Source: Bacteroidota bacterium
GTDB taxonomy: Bacteria > Bacteroidota > Bacteroidia > 2-12-FULL-35-15
Assembly (NCBI GenBank): GCA_025963775.1
Contig: JAOQAD010000018.1
Span: 992 to 64,991, forward strand
Length of the DNA: 64,000 bases
Reading direction: 5' to 3'
In this document: one piece after another, positions 16,401 through 25,170 of the stretch
How positions within the stretch are numbered: position 1 is the stretch's first letter
How the letters are laid out: every line of letters starts with the position of its first letter
The notes under the pieces: model-generated
What the model was told of the DNA's origin: nothing
What the model saw: only the letters and a program-made list of their open reading frames with translations
Database searches by the model: none
Position numbers and translations under genes: made by a program

Positions 16401-17714
16401 GGAAATACCCGGGCATACATTCAGCACATTTCCGCCCGCCCCGCTTGTTCCGGCAAATGTTTGCCCGGTACCACCCGAATGGGCAATGTAATTCGAATCA
16501 GGAATAAAAAGAGATTCTGTGAAAGTAACCGAAGAAGCTGCGAGTGAAATATTGTTATCGTTACAGCCCGTATTGCCTGCTGAATCCGTTCTTGTTAAAA
16601 AAACATCATAGGAGCCAAGCGGGTAGGAGCCCGAACCTGCTGTGTATCCCGCTACTGCAAATCTTCCAGCCGTAGTTTCTGTTGCATAGTAAGCTGCATC
16701 CTCAAATCCGCCGGGACGAAGTTTTGCCCAATTCACATTTCCGATGTTGTCCGTTGTAAAGAAAAAACTGGTGGCTGCGCTGGAGCCCGCTACTACAAAG
16801 CCATTTGCGGAAGTTTCCTCAATTGAAAAAGCAACCTGGTCATCGTTCGCATCATATAGTTTCGTCCACAGGCTGGCGCCGCTGGGATCAGTCTTTGCAA
16901 TGAAAACATTGTAATCGCCCGACCCGAAGCTTTGGCTGTAACCTGTGAGAATATAATTATTGTCGCTTGTTTCCCGGATGGAATAACCGAAATCATTTGG
17001 CGCTTCTCCCATTGTTTTGCTCCAGGTAAGATCTCCGCTGCCGTTGGTCTTTATCATATAAATATCTGCACCTTGCCCGGTTCCGTCATTGGGGCGTGTG
17101 AAGCCTCCTGCGATATAATTTCCATCACTGGTTTCATGAACGGAAAAAACTTTTTCATCATTGCCTGTTCCATAAGCTCCTGTCCACACAATATTTCCCG
17201 TACTGTCGGTCTTTATTAAATAGGCATCAGAGCTCCCGTTGCCGAAACCTTCTGTCGCACCGCCAATAATATATCCTCCATCGCTTACCTGGTCAGCGTA
17301 AAAGCCAAAGTCATTTCCTGTCCCGCCAATTTCCTTGTCCCATGAGAGATTTCCTCCGGCATCTGTTTTAATGAGGTAAACCTGCCATCCGTTTCCGGTG
17401 GTGAGTGTATATCCGGCTACTATAAAACCGCTGTCGGCCGTTTGGTTCACTGAGAACCCATATTCGTCCTGGCTTCCGCCGAATGTTCTTGTCCACAGTG
17501 TGTCGCCGTTCGCATCTGTTTTTATAAGGTATACATCGGAGCTTCCCGCGCCAAAGCTTTGCGTATAGCCGGCTATCACGAAACCGCCATCCGTGGTTTT
17601 TGTAGCGGAAAAACCAAAGTCAAGGCCTGAGCCGCCATAATGCTTTTCAAATTTTACCTGGGCATGCATGCCGATGGAAAGACAAATGGCAAGAAAGAGA
17701 AGTGCTTTTTTCAT
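13494..17714 (-). CDS. very large T9SS (type A) secreted protein: ~50-aa propeller-like repeats, ~11 PKD-like modules, Por_Secre_tail
   Basis: Start moved to the ATG at 17714 (MKKALLFLAICLSIGMHAQ). Repeats DGG(F/Y)(I/V)xxGxTxSFGxGxxDxYLIKTDxxGxxxW. Repeats ITGxxxxLCxxxxxxxYSxxPVxGATSYTWTxPxGAxIxSGQGTxSxxVxFxSxFTSGxLTVxAxNxCGxS. C-terminal INVYPNPNNGTF...YYKKIVIQ. Confidence 0.85.
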   Translation of the reverse strand: MKKALLFLAICLSIGMHAQVKFEKHYGGSGLDFGFSATKTTDGGFVIAGYTQSFGAGSSDVYLIKTDANGDTLWTRTFGGSQDEYGFSVNQTADSGFIVAGYTLTTGNGWQVYLIKTDAGGNLSWDKEIGGTGNDFGFYADQVSDGGYIIGGATEGFGNGSSDAYLIKTDSTGNIVWTGAYGTGNDEKVFSVHETSDGNYIAGGFTRPNDGTGQGADIYMIKTNGSGDLTWSKTMGEAPNDFGYSIRETSDNNYILTGYSQSFGSGDYNVFIAKTDPSGASLWTKLYDANDDQVAFSIEETSANGFVVAGSSAATSFFFTTDNIGNVNWAKLRPGGFEDAAYYATETTAGRFAVAGYTAGSGSYPLGSYDVFLTRTDSAGNTGCNDNNISLAASSVTFTESLFIPDSNYIAHSGGTGQTFAGTSGAGGNVLNVCPGISVQEIAGPDIVCPNSSNIVYSITDTSATSFYWGVSDHMTITAGQGTDSIIVDTDSSFTGGSISVTVSGPSGTYVSYKDNISPGPATPGSITGNTHALCLVQESYSIPSVPGAVSYTWTAPTGATIISGQGTENVIIDFGSSFTGGDLTVTANSDCASSGMQSLSLFPYPLRVNYITGITEGLCPSGISSTTYHASPVSGATSYTWVVPAGVTIVAGQGTDTLAVTIDSTFTSGYLGVYANNSCGSSDSTQITLNSIPSVQAIYGQSSAVCSSNTPYVTYYVSPASGSTTYTWTSPAGTTITDGQGTGMITVFIDSTFSSGDISVTPSNFCGSGNEITLHLTSVPPQPGTTILGQTTNLCAPSVVYSYDVDTTSYTNYLESYTWTVPAGTTILSGQGTTHIEVTFDNTSMGGTLSVATTNACGSGPAISITLQAPTQTVTPGNIHGPKSGLCPSGISSAVYYVNPVAGTVNYTWTVPTGVTITSGQGNDTITVSIDSAFTSGNISVHTSGSCGDSPEKTALLRSVSGTPGAITGPRTELCAAGNSTVTYSINPVNGATSYTWAVPAGATILSGQGTDSVSVLFDSTFTSGNLTVTANNACGSSAVRSIALHSVPNTPGAITGQKTELCQSYSGTVHYSIAPVSGATSYTWTTPAGAFIGSGQGTDSVNVYFDSTFTSGNLTVIANNACGSSGVRSTLLRSVPVTPGAISGTKVGLCTSGISSQTYSVPAALGATSYTWTAPAGANIVNGQGTTSIDVYFDSTFTSGNLTVYASNGCGNSSARSTLLRSVTAAPAAISGPSSVCPSETGINFSVAAVSGASSYLWSVPASANITGGQGSNSITVNWGNSAGNVTVRAINDCGQSAQRSKHITIASCLRDGSIAASNSNPESEPEINVYPNPNNGTFMLLVNNMADQTITLTITNVLGKVIYSEKLSAVNEKEISLSGEAKGVYMLQISNADNSYYKKIVIQ

Positions 17715-18127
17715 TGTAGATGGGATTGGATGAATATTGATTTTAAATTTGTGTTCAACAGCAATTGTCTGTATAACAGACAGGAGAGCCAAAGATACAG
17801 GCGGAAGCCACAAAGGGCTTTCATTTTTTTAACCTGCGGTCAACTTATTTATTCAGTGGTAAAGAGATTTAGCTGTCCCATGAAAAAACATCGGTGTTTT
17901 TCATGTATAAGGCGTCAATAAAAAATTGATTGAGGGAGTAGCTCAGTACTAAGGTAGAAATTGTTTTTTTAAAAGCAATTAAATCAATAAATACCGGGTT
18001 GAGATAATTTTTTGAAATAAATGAGCCCCCCAAAAATGTGCCTGGTAAAAAGTTTGTTTGTCGCTGAATAATGTTGTAATATAGCTATGCGGTATAAAAT
18101 ACGTTTTTCAACTTTAAAAATATCCAC

Positions 18128-19699
18128 ATGAAAAAAATTACTTTCTTAAAATTAGCATACATCACAGTTGTAGCTGCGGCTCCTGTAACAGTATTTTCCC
18201 AGCCCGTTTTTCAGAAAACATATGCATCGGCATCGCCAAATGAAAAAGGAGAATTCGCCGGGCCGGCAAGCGGTGGAGGTATTATCATCTGTGGTAAAAC
18301 AGCCAACCCGCCTTACGATGCCATCGTAATGAAAACAGATAACAGCGGTGCGATCCAATGGTCTAAAAAGCTTGTAGGATCAGGAGAAGATGTATTGAGC
18401 TGCATTCGCCCGACCTCCGATGGCGGTTACATTGCAACAGGCTTTACGACCAGCTCAGGTGCCGGTGGAGCAGACCTGCTGCTTGTTAAGTTCACGGGTA
18501 CGGGAACTGTATCATGGTCGAAAACCTACGGAACCACAACCGATGATGGCGGCTTTGATGTGCGCCAGACGACAGATGGAGGCTATATTGTTACCGGCGA
18601 AGCAAAGAATTCGAGCAGCGTTTCAACGGGTGCGATCTACCTGCTTAAGACAGATGGTACCGGTGTGCTAACCTGGTCGAACATGTGGGGCACTGGCCTG
18701 GGCAATCAGGGAAGAACGGTGATCCAGACTTCGGATGGCGGCTACTTCCTGGCAGCGAATGGAAGCAACGGGTTTTTCTATTCAATTAAAACAACAAGTG
18801 CCGGAGTGGTTTCATGGTCACGTGCAACCCTGCCAACAGCAATGAGCTCGGGATCGATCCAGCAGGCGATCCAGACGGCCGATGGCGGTTATGCGCTTTT
18901 CGGAAATACGATCGCCAGCAGCGATAACAACATCAACATGGCACTTGTGAAATTAAACAGCACAGGTGTGGTGCAGTTCTGGAAAACATACGGCGGAGTG
19001 GGGATCGATTTTGGAATGGGCATCCAGGAGATGACAGGCGGCGGCTTCCTCGCTGTAGGATACACAGCAAGCTTCGGTACCTTCAGCGATATGATGATCT
19101 TGAAAATAGGCGCCACAGGAACACTTACCAGCGCAAAAACAACATCCTATATCGGGAGCTCTTATGATGGTATGTTCTTATCCAAAACAAGCGATAACCT
19201 GTACACTTACGCCAGCATGAGAAATGACGGTGTTTACCTTTTCAAAGGGGATGCATCCGGCATAACAGGCTGCACTTTAACAACAGCAGCATCCACCGAC
19301 AATGCATTTACAGGTTTCTTCGACAACAACGCACCGATCACTGCTTCAGGAACCACAATAACCACTGCAGCAACATACACTGCGGCGGCTCTTACATTAA
19401 CTACCACAACATTGTGCAGCAGCGTTGTGGGCATTGAGGAGGAAATGCTGGATAAATACATTTCAGTTTATCCGAACCCTGCAAACAGCAGCATTGAAAT
19501 CAGCCTTGATGAGCAGCTTACAAAAGGAGCAGTGGAAGTGAAGATCTATGACCTCTTCGGAAGATTACTTTCCACTAAAAGTTCTTCAGCTGTTTCCGGC
19601 CTGAAACTGGATGTGCAGGAGATCCCAAGCGGGATCTACTTGTTAACTATTCTGGCGGATGATCATTCTTATAGTAAGAGAGTGGTGATTGAGCATTAG
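18128..19699 (+). CDS. T9SS (type A) secreted protein with the same propeller-like repeat
   Basis: Signal peptide, then repeats SDGGYIATGFTTSSGAGGADLLLVKFTGTGTVSWSKTYG. C-terminal ISVYPNPANSSIEISL...SYSKRVVIEH. Confidence 0.8.
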   Translation: MKKITFLKLAYITVVAAAPVTVFSQPVFQKTYASASPNEKGEFAGPASGGGIIICGKTANPPYDAIVMKTDNSGAIQWSKKLVGSGEDVLSCIRPTSDGGYIATGFTTSSGAGGADLLLVKFTGTGTVSWSKTYGTTTDDGGFDVRQTTDGGYIVTGEAKNSSSVSTGAIYLLKTDGTGVLTWSNMWGTGLGNQGRTVIQTSDGGYFLAANGSNGFFYSIKTTSAGVVSWSRATLPTAMSSGSIQQAIQTADGGYALFGNTIASSDNNINMALVKLNSTGVVQFWKTYGGVGIDFGMGIQEMTGGGFLAVGYTASFGTFSDMMILKIGATGTLTSAKTTSYIGSSYDGMFLSKTSDNLYTYASMRNDGVYLFKGDASGITGCTLTTAASTDNAFTGFFDNNAPITASGTTITTAATYTAAALTLTTTTLCSSVVGIEEEMLDKYISVYPNPANSSIEISLDEQLTKGAVEVKIYDLFGRLLSTKSSSAVSGLKLDVQEIPSGIYLLTILADDHSYSKRVVIEH

Positions 19700-19718
19700 G
19701 AAATAAATTTAAAAAGAA

Positions 19719-19751
19719 AGCCCTGCAAATTTAGGCTTGCGGGGCTTTTTT
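19719..19751 (+). terminator. intrinsic terminator
   Basis: agccctgcaa..ttgcggggct hairpin followed by tttttt. Confidence 0.65.
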
Positions 19752-19797
19752 ATTATATAAGTACAGACGGTTAGATTCAGTAGCCGCTGTTTAGCCA

Positions 19798-21399
19798 TTA
19801 ATCTTCGAAACCTATTTTTAAAACTATTTCTTGACACGTTTTAGTTATAGTCGCCTGCCTGTTATTTTCTGTTGGGTACATTAAATAACCTGAGTTTTGA
19901 ACCGCTTTGAAATTATACGTGCCCTTATTCACATTGTAAGATATCTCTGTGTGGCCTGCTAAGGTTTCTAAATATTTATCGCCTTGATATAATGTGTATG
20001 GATTGGCGGATAAATTTTTTATAGTGATTATACCTTTTTGTTTTTTCTCGCATTCGGGAATACTCATCTCTGCAACAACATCTTCTGCAACTGCATAAAT
20101 TTTCAATACTTCGTCATTTATTTTTTTTGTAAGATTGTAGCTTGTTATTTCGGTTAAATAATTTTCATTGTTGCAGCAAGTAGAATTAGTAATGCAGTTA
20201 ACATCTGCGCAGGCAGTATATTTAGTCTCCAGTTCTTTCATATATTCGTCTGCTTTTGCATTGAGTAAATTTAAAGTCGGAATTATTTCATTGTATTTTG
20301 CCATAATTCTATCTGTGTAATTTTGTGGCAATCCCTCCCCAGTTAGACCATTTTGTAATTGTTCCTTACCTGATTCAGAGATAAGTTCATTTATGAGGGT
20401 TTTAGCTGAATAAACACTGATAACAGCTTCGTTAATCTTAGATAAAAGATTTTGTTTCTTTTCATCCCAATTAATGCCATCTATACCGTACAAAGTGAAT
20501 GGTGAATAATAATATTGAGTAATATAACTTTGATTGGGATCTGAAATATTCTTTACTGCGCTTTCTATAATCGCTGCTATTGCAGATGCTTTTTCTTGTC
20601 CATTTCCATTAATAATTGCGGTTATTTGATTTTGGATAGAACTTTGTTCAATTCCGGGTCCGTTAATTTCAACAGAAACGGAAAAATTGTATTTGCTAAG
20701 TTGTTCATTCGTCCAGTTGCCGTTATCAATTTCCATTGATCCACTACCTCTAAATGGAATTTTGCCTTCTATCCCTATAGAGGAACTTGTCTCCTCAGTA
20801 TTGTCAGTTTTTGAACTGGTCTTGGTTAAGATAACACTAATATCACTTTCCTTCCTAATCCCACTGATATAATGAGTTCCATAAAATTTAATAAAGTCTT
20901 GAATTTTATTCTGATCGATAAGTGCTTTGGCATCAGGTGTTAGTTGAGGATCAGTTTCAAAGGAATAGACACCAAAATCAACATCAGCATAGAAAATAAT
21001 TTTTTCTTCATTTTGAATGTCTTTTGTAGTATACTCTTCCAACTTTTGTCCACTAGAAGAAAATAGATTTAGAAAACTAACTTTTCCAGAGATTCCTTTG
21101 GATTTGAATTTATTATATTCTTCATTGGTACGTGTATAAAATAATCGGATTGAAGTTTTTTTGCCTCCTGTTTGTTGAGAAGTTAACTTGCTCGGATTGG
21201 AGCTTGCAGCAGTAAAACATGATTTTGTCTGCTTGTAAACGTCATTTATATGAAATCCCTTGCCAATTTTTATAGGAGGAGCAGTATTGTCATGATTAAA
21301 ATAATTTGCATCAAAAACACTTGAAGATTGAGCATGAGTTTGAAAAATAATTGTTATGCTAAATAATAATATTGTAAATAGATTAAATTTTTTTTTCAT
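19798..21399 (-). CDS. secreted MACPF-like (perforin/CDC superfamily) protein with a Cys-rich, beta-rich C-terminal region
   Basis: Signal peptide MKKKFNLFTILLFSITIIFQTHAQ. FIKFYGTHYISGIRK matches the first part of the MACPF signature (Y/W)G(T/S)H(F/Y)x6GG but lacks the terminal GG. The gene is AT-rich. Confidence 0.5.
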   Translation of the reverse strand: MKKKFNLFTILLFSITIIFQTHAQSSSVFDANYFNHDNTAPPIKIGKGFHINDVYKQTKSCFTAASSNPSKLTSQQTGGKKTSIRLFYTRTNEEYNKFKSKGISGKVSFLNLFSSSGQKLEEYTTKDIQNEEKIIFYADVDFGVYSFETDPQLTPDAKALIDQNKIQDFIKFYGTHYISGIRKESDISVILTKTSSKTDNTEETSSSIGIEGKIPFRGSGSMEIDNGNWTNEQLSKYNFSVSVEINGPGIEQSSIQNQITAIINGNGQEKASAIAAIIESAVKNISDPNQSYITQYYYSPFTLYGIDGINWDEKKQNLLSKINEAVISVYSAKTLINELISESGKEQLQNGLTGEGLPQNYTDRIMAKYNEIIPTLNLLNAKADEYMKELETKYTACADVNCITNSTCCNNENYLTEITSYNLTKKINDEVLKIYAVAEDVVAEMSIPECEKKQKGIITIKNLSANPYTLYQGDKYLETLAGHTEISYNVNKGTYNFKAVQNSGYLMYPTENNRQATITKTCQEIVLKIGFED

Positions 21400-21478
21400 T
21401 TTAACGTTGTTTGTTTAATTGGATTGTTTTTTAAATTATATATATCACAAATAAATACTGATTTCTGATAATCTTTTA

Positions 21479-21504
21479 TACACTTTTCTTCTTTGTGACA
21501 TCTT
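21479..21504 (-). promoter_or_regulatory. conserved box, instance 4 (ATGTCAC-N11-GTGTA, weaker)
   Basis: Plus strand tacacttttcttctttgtgacatc, 79 nt upstream of the ATG at 21399. Confidence 0.4.
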
Positions 21505-21547
21505 TCAAATGTCAAACGTGAATTCGCCCAATTCATATCCCAATCAT

Positions 21548-22804
21548 CTAATCTTTTAAAATCGCTTCACCTTTTACGAACCATGAAAAACCAAATGCCC
21601 AAAGTGCCACAGCTTCGCTCCAAAACACAGGCTTTAAATGATAAAACCGACATCTAAGTCCGGGCAAAAACAAGTACAGAATTATAACTACTACACAAAT
21701 CAACATTACGGATCCACAAATTTTATAGATTATGTTCCTAATCCTTTTTTCCAAAGTTTGTTCTGTCTTCTTTTTATCACTTTCTGTGAATAAGAACAGG
21801 GAGTAATAGGTAAGGCTTAAAAAGAATCCACAAGCGCAGGCTAAATGAATATACCCAATAAAATTGGTAGAAGCTTCACAATTACCAATAGTTTTAAACG
21901 TAGTAGGGAAAAAAGCTACTCCCAAACCAAAGATGCAAGCCAGCCTGCTGGTGATTTTATCTCTGTGATCAAAACCTTTGTAAGAGTATAAAAACACCGA
22001 AACCATACACAAAGTACCAACAAAAATATTTCGCATATCTGTATGATAATAATGACTAATTGAAATTTGAAGCCCTTCTTTCATTATTAAAGAATAAAAC
22101 AATAAGATAAAGGGTAATGCAATACCCAATAACCCAACAATTTTTCGCAATATCATATAATTTATGATTAATTGATCGTTGCTTGGCCTCGTTGGTGATT
22201 GATCCATATTTATTGAGTTTTGGTTTAAATATTTATCGAGCAATACATTTTTTTCTCTTTTAGTTAAATTTCCTTTCTTAGTTTCTTCTTTTACCCCTTC
22301 CCATTCGAGTTTGAGCAAATCTTGAGTTAGACTGACTAATTCAATTATTTTATTTTTAATTGTTTCCTTTTCAGGCTCCTGAAGTTGGGTACTATTTGTT
22401 AGATCAACGATCATATCTATGTTTTTAATTAACCTTTTATCAAAGGAATCATTTCGGTTTAATTGAAGGTTAATTATAAATCTTAACCTGTTGATTTTTT
22501 GAATAATCTCATTTCTTTCTGAATCGCGAAGAGGAGTTATACTTAAATAAAGAGTTAAACCACAAAACTCTGAAATACTATTCCTGACGGTTTCAATCCA
22601 CTTGGTTCGGGAAGCTGTGACAGAATTAATAAATATTGTTTTTTTTGAATTGAGTAGACTAATTACCAATCCCGTCAACCCAATTATAAATGTGAGCGTT
22701 ATCCCCGCAATTGTGATAATATCTTTTAATTCCATATTTTTGAATTTATGAATCTTAAATTCAATCACAATACTCCCCCAATTTCTTCTCATTTCCTTGG
22801 ACAC
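21548..22804 (-). CDS. multi-pass membrane protein (N-terminal TM + helical domain, C-terminal ~6-TM domain), function unknown
   Basis: The ORF starts at GTG 22804. The ATG at 22735 (MELKDIITIAGITL..) is the more likely start, because the conserved box overlaps the GTG. The C-terminal half has six hydrophobic segments. Confidence 0.6.
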   Translation of the reverse strand: MSKEMRRNWGSIVIEFKIHKFKNMELKDIITIAGITLTFIIGLTGLVISLLNSKKTIFINSVTASRTKWIETVRNSISEFCGLTLYLSITPLRDSERNEIIQKINRLRFIINLQLNRNDSFDKRLIKNIDMIVDLTNSTQLQEPEKETIKNKIIELVSLTQDLLKLEWEGVKEETKKGNLTKREKNVLLDKYLNQNSINMDQSPTRPSNDQLIINYMILRKIVGLLGIALPFILLFYSLIMKEGLQISISHYYHTDMRNIFVGTLCMVSVFLYSYKGFDHRDKITSRLACIFGLGVAFFPTTFKTIGNCEASTNFIGYIHLACACGFFLSLTYYSLFLFTESDKKKTEQTLEKRIRNIIYKICGSVMLICVVVIILYLFLPGLRCRFYHLKPVFWSEAVALWAFGFSWFVKGEAILKD

Positions 22805-22825
22805 TTTTCCCCCTCCGTGACATCC
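22799..22825 (-). promoter_or_regulatory. conserved box ATGTCAC-N12-GTGTCC, instance 3
   Basis: Plus strand ggacacttttccccctccgtgacatcc, 63 nt upstream of the ATG at 22735. Confidence 0.5.
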
Positions 22826-23138
22826 TTCTCCATAAAATTGTATCGTAATTCCTGTAAAACGCCAAATATACCCTAATCAAAATCCATTATCAATCCGTAA
22901 AAACACGGTATTTTATAAAAAATTTTGAAAAAATTCAGGAATCAGCTTATTCTTCCGGAGTCGCGCGTAAGCCCTGAAAGCATACGATGCCGTGTCGCCC
23001 GTGTGTGTGGTTATGCTTTCTTGTCCGCCTGGGCGGATTGTTTCTTTTTCATCAAGGAAAAAGAAAAGGAAACAATGAAGTGATTGGTTTTAAACAAGAA
23101 TATGCTTTCTTATCCCGCAGGTACAGGATTTCTTTTCA

Positions 23139-23606
23139 TCAGATTTCAGTATCCTCTTCACCGCGCGTAGAAAGAAAATCCAACCAGAGCGCTTCCAATT
23201 CTTCAACAAATTCAGCTTTGATAAGGATCCCGCTTGCCTGCGGTGTCCATAACTGTTTTTCCATCCTGCCGATAGCAAGGATGTCAAGCGTCAATATTGA
23301 TTCGGTAGCCGGATCGAGAAGAACATCAAAGTCGATCAGCACGCGATGCGTGTCATTGCCTTTCCGGTTTTTGCCAATAAATGGTTCAGAGGAAATATAA
23401 CCGGAAGCAAACAGGCCGCGCTGCTTTACACCTACAATTGATATAAAGGCACGATCTCCGCGCTTTACTTTTTTATGGCTGGCACAGGTCCAGCTCTCTT
23501 CCACCTTTCCTCCCTTCCGCAGGTTCTCACTTTGCTCACCGATCTCGGGCCAGCTGAATTTAATGGGATTCCAGGAGAAGAGAAAGGTGTTCTTCGGTTC
23601 GTTCAT
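23139..23606 (-). CDS. hypothetical cytoplasmic protein, possibly a PUA-like (EVE/ASCH-like) fold
   Basis: ATG at 23606 (MNEPKNTFLFSWNP..), since the longer ORF starts on TTG. The pattern W..P..F.W ... KKVKRGDRAFISIVG..GLFASGYISSEP resembles EVE-type domains. This is weak recognition only. Confidence 0.5.
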   Translation of the reverse strand: MNEPKNTFLFSWNPIKFSWPEIGEQSENLRKGGKVEESWTCASHKKVKRGDRAFISIVGVKQRGLFASGYISSEPFIGKNRKGNDTHRVLIDFDVLLDPATESILTLDILAIGRMEKQLWTPQASGILIKAEFVEELEALWLDFLSTRGEEDTEI

Positions 23607-23627
23607 TTTATTAATGATATGTAAAAT

Positions 23628-23656
23628 CAAAAAGCCCTAACCGGTTAGGTCAGGGC
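23628..23656 (-). terminator. hairpin + T-run terminator downstream of the tRNA-Phe 3' remnant
   Basis: gccctaaccggttaggtcagggc flanked by aaaaa on the plus strand. Confidence 0.6.
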
Positions 23657-23660
23657 TTTC

Positions 23661-23693
23661 TGTTTTTGCTGTGGTGCCTCCAGGAATCGAACC
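23661..23693 (-). repeat. direct repeat / distal att site: 3' fragment of tRNA-Phe
   Basis: gtggtgcctccaggaatcgaacc matches 34951..34973 at 22 of 23 nt. The preceding ctgtttttg is also shared. No tRNA body follows. Confidence 0.85.
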
Positions 23694-23868
23694 TGTTTTG
23701 CCTTCCTTTTGCTTATTTGCTCTAACCTTCTGTAAATATAGGGTTTCTGAAAGATTTGAGAAAAGTAAAGGAAAAAGAAATCAACTGGAATTAAACAAAA
23801 GTGTCCCCCGTACTGTCCCCCGGGAATTGAATTAAGATATATCTTTGCCTCATCTTAATACTCCACGA

Positions 23869-25170
23869 ATGGCTCAATTCAATTTTTATCTTAAAGACCC
23901 TGCGGCTGATAAGCCCACCCCAATCATGCTTTTTGTGAGCTGGAATAATACAAGATTGAAGCTGTATATCAACGAATCTATTCATCCTGAATACTGGCAG
24001 GGCAAGGATAAGGCTAAGTCGGATTATCAACGTGCGACACAGACAAGGAAGTTTAAAGAAAATGACGAACTGAACTGCAGGCTGGATGCGGTGCTTTCAA
24101 ATGCAAAAACTGCTTTAAGAAAGTTTGTAAATGATAATGAGCGTCAGCCATTAGCAGAAGAGCTGAAAACTGTATTGAACGAAAAGATAAACCATGTAGC
24201 GGAAACGAAGCTCGACTTCTTCGGATTTATAGAAAAATTGATTTCGGGTTCTCCCAGCAGGGCAAATGAGGCAACCGGGAAACCTCTAAGTATTATCACC
24301 ATACGGATTTATAAAAGGTCGCTGGCGCTGCTCCGGGAATTTAGCGAAGTAAAAAGGCGAAAAATTGATTTTACAAGTATTGATCTCGATTTCTATCAGG
24401 ATTATATAGCCTATTTGACCGAAATAAAGAAGTTTTCCAGCAATACCATAGGAAAGCATATTAAAGTCCTCAAATTCTTTTTAAACGAAGCTACAGAGCG
24501 TGGCTTAAATACTTCATTAGCCTATAAAAGCCGCAGATTCAAAATAGTGTCAGAAAAAACAGACAGCATTTACCTTACAGAAAAGGAGTTAGAGGATATA
24601 CATACGCTGGAATTAATCAATTATCCCCGTCTTGAAAAGGTAAGGGATTTATTTTTGGTGGGTTGCTGGACTGGCCTTCGCTTCTCTGATTTTTCAAGGA
24701 TCAAGCCTGAAAACATAAAAGATGATTTTATAGAGATTGAAACGCAGAAAACAGGGGAGAAGGTAACCATACCCATTCACCCTACTGTTAGGGAGATCAT
24801 GACCAGATACAAAGGCAAATATCCCAATTCATTACCTCCGGCTATATCTAATCAGAAAATGAATCAATTTATTAAGGAGTTTGCAAAGAGGGTGGAAAGC
24901 CTGAATGTAAGAGCTTCCAAGACATTCACTAAAGGCGGAGTAAACATGACTACCAGCAACATTAAGGCTGAAATGATCACGACACATACAGCCCGGAGGA
25001 GCTTTGCATCCAACCTTTACATTGATGGCGTTCCGGCAATCACAATTATGAAGATCACAGGGCACAAAACCGAGAAGGCATTTTTACTGTATATCAAGAT
25101 CACGCCTACCGAAAATGCGAAGATCCTTCAATTGCATTGGCAAAAAAAGAAAAAATTGCGGGTCGCGTAA
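23869..25170 (+). CDS. tyrosine recombinase / integrase (Bacteroidota type)
   Basis: ATG at 23869 (MAQFNFYLKD..). Catalytic boxes WTGLRFSDF, HTARRSFAS, GHKTEKAFLLYIK. Confidence 0.9.
   Translation: MAQFNFYLKDPAADKPTPIMLFVSWNNTRLKLYINESIHPEYWQGKDKAKSDYQRATQTRKFKENDELNCRLDAVLSNAKTALRKFVNDNERQPLAEELKTVLNEKINHVAETKLDFFGFIEKLISGSPSRANEATGKPLSIITIRIYKRSLALLREFSEVKRRKIDFTSIDLDFYQDYIAYLTEIKKFSSNTIGKHIKVLKFFLNEATERGLNTSLAYKSRRFKIVSEKTDSIYLTEKELEDIHTLELINYPRLEKVRDLFLVGCWTGLRFSDFSRIKPENIKDDFIEIETQKTGEKVTIPIHPTVREIMTRYKGKYPNSLPPAISNQKMNQFIKEFAKRVESLNVRASKTFTKGGVNMTTSNIKAEMITTHTARRSFASNLYIDGVPAITIMKITGHKTEKAFLLYIKITPTENAKILQLHWQKKKKLRVA

Noticed and set aside
22987-23400. 137-aa plus-strand ORF.
   Set aside because: It is mostly antisense to the better-supported gene 23139..23606, is S/R-rich, and starts inside the GC-rich structured patch.
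23671-23693. A possible second tRNA gene.
   Set aside because: Only the 3' acceptor/T-arm portion is present. The sequence beyond 23693 has no D-arm or anticodon arm. It is interpreted as the displaced att-site remnant.
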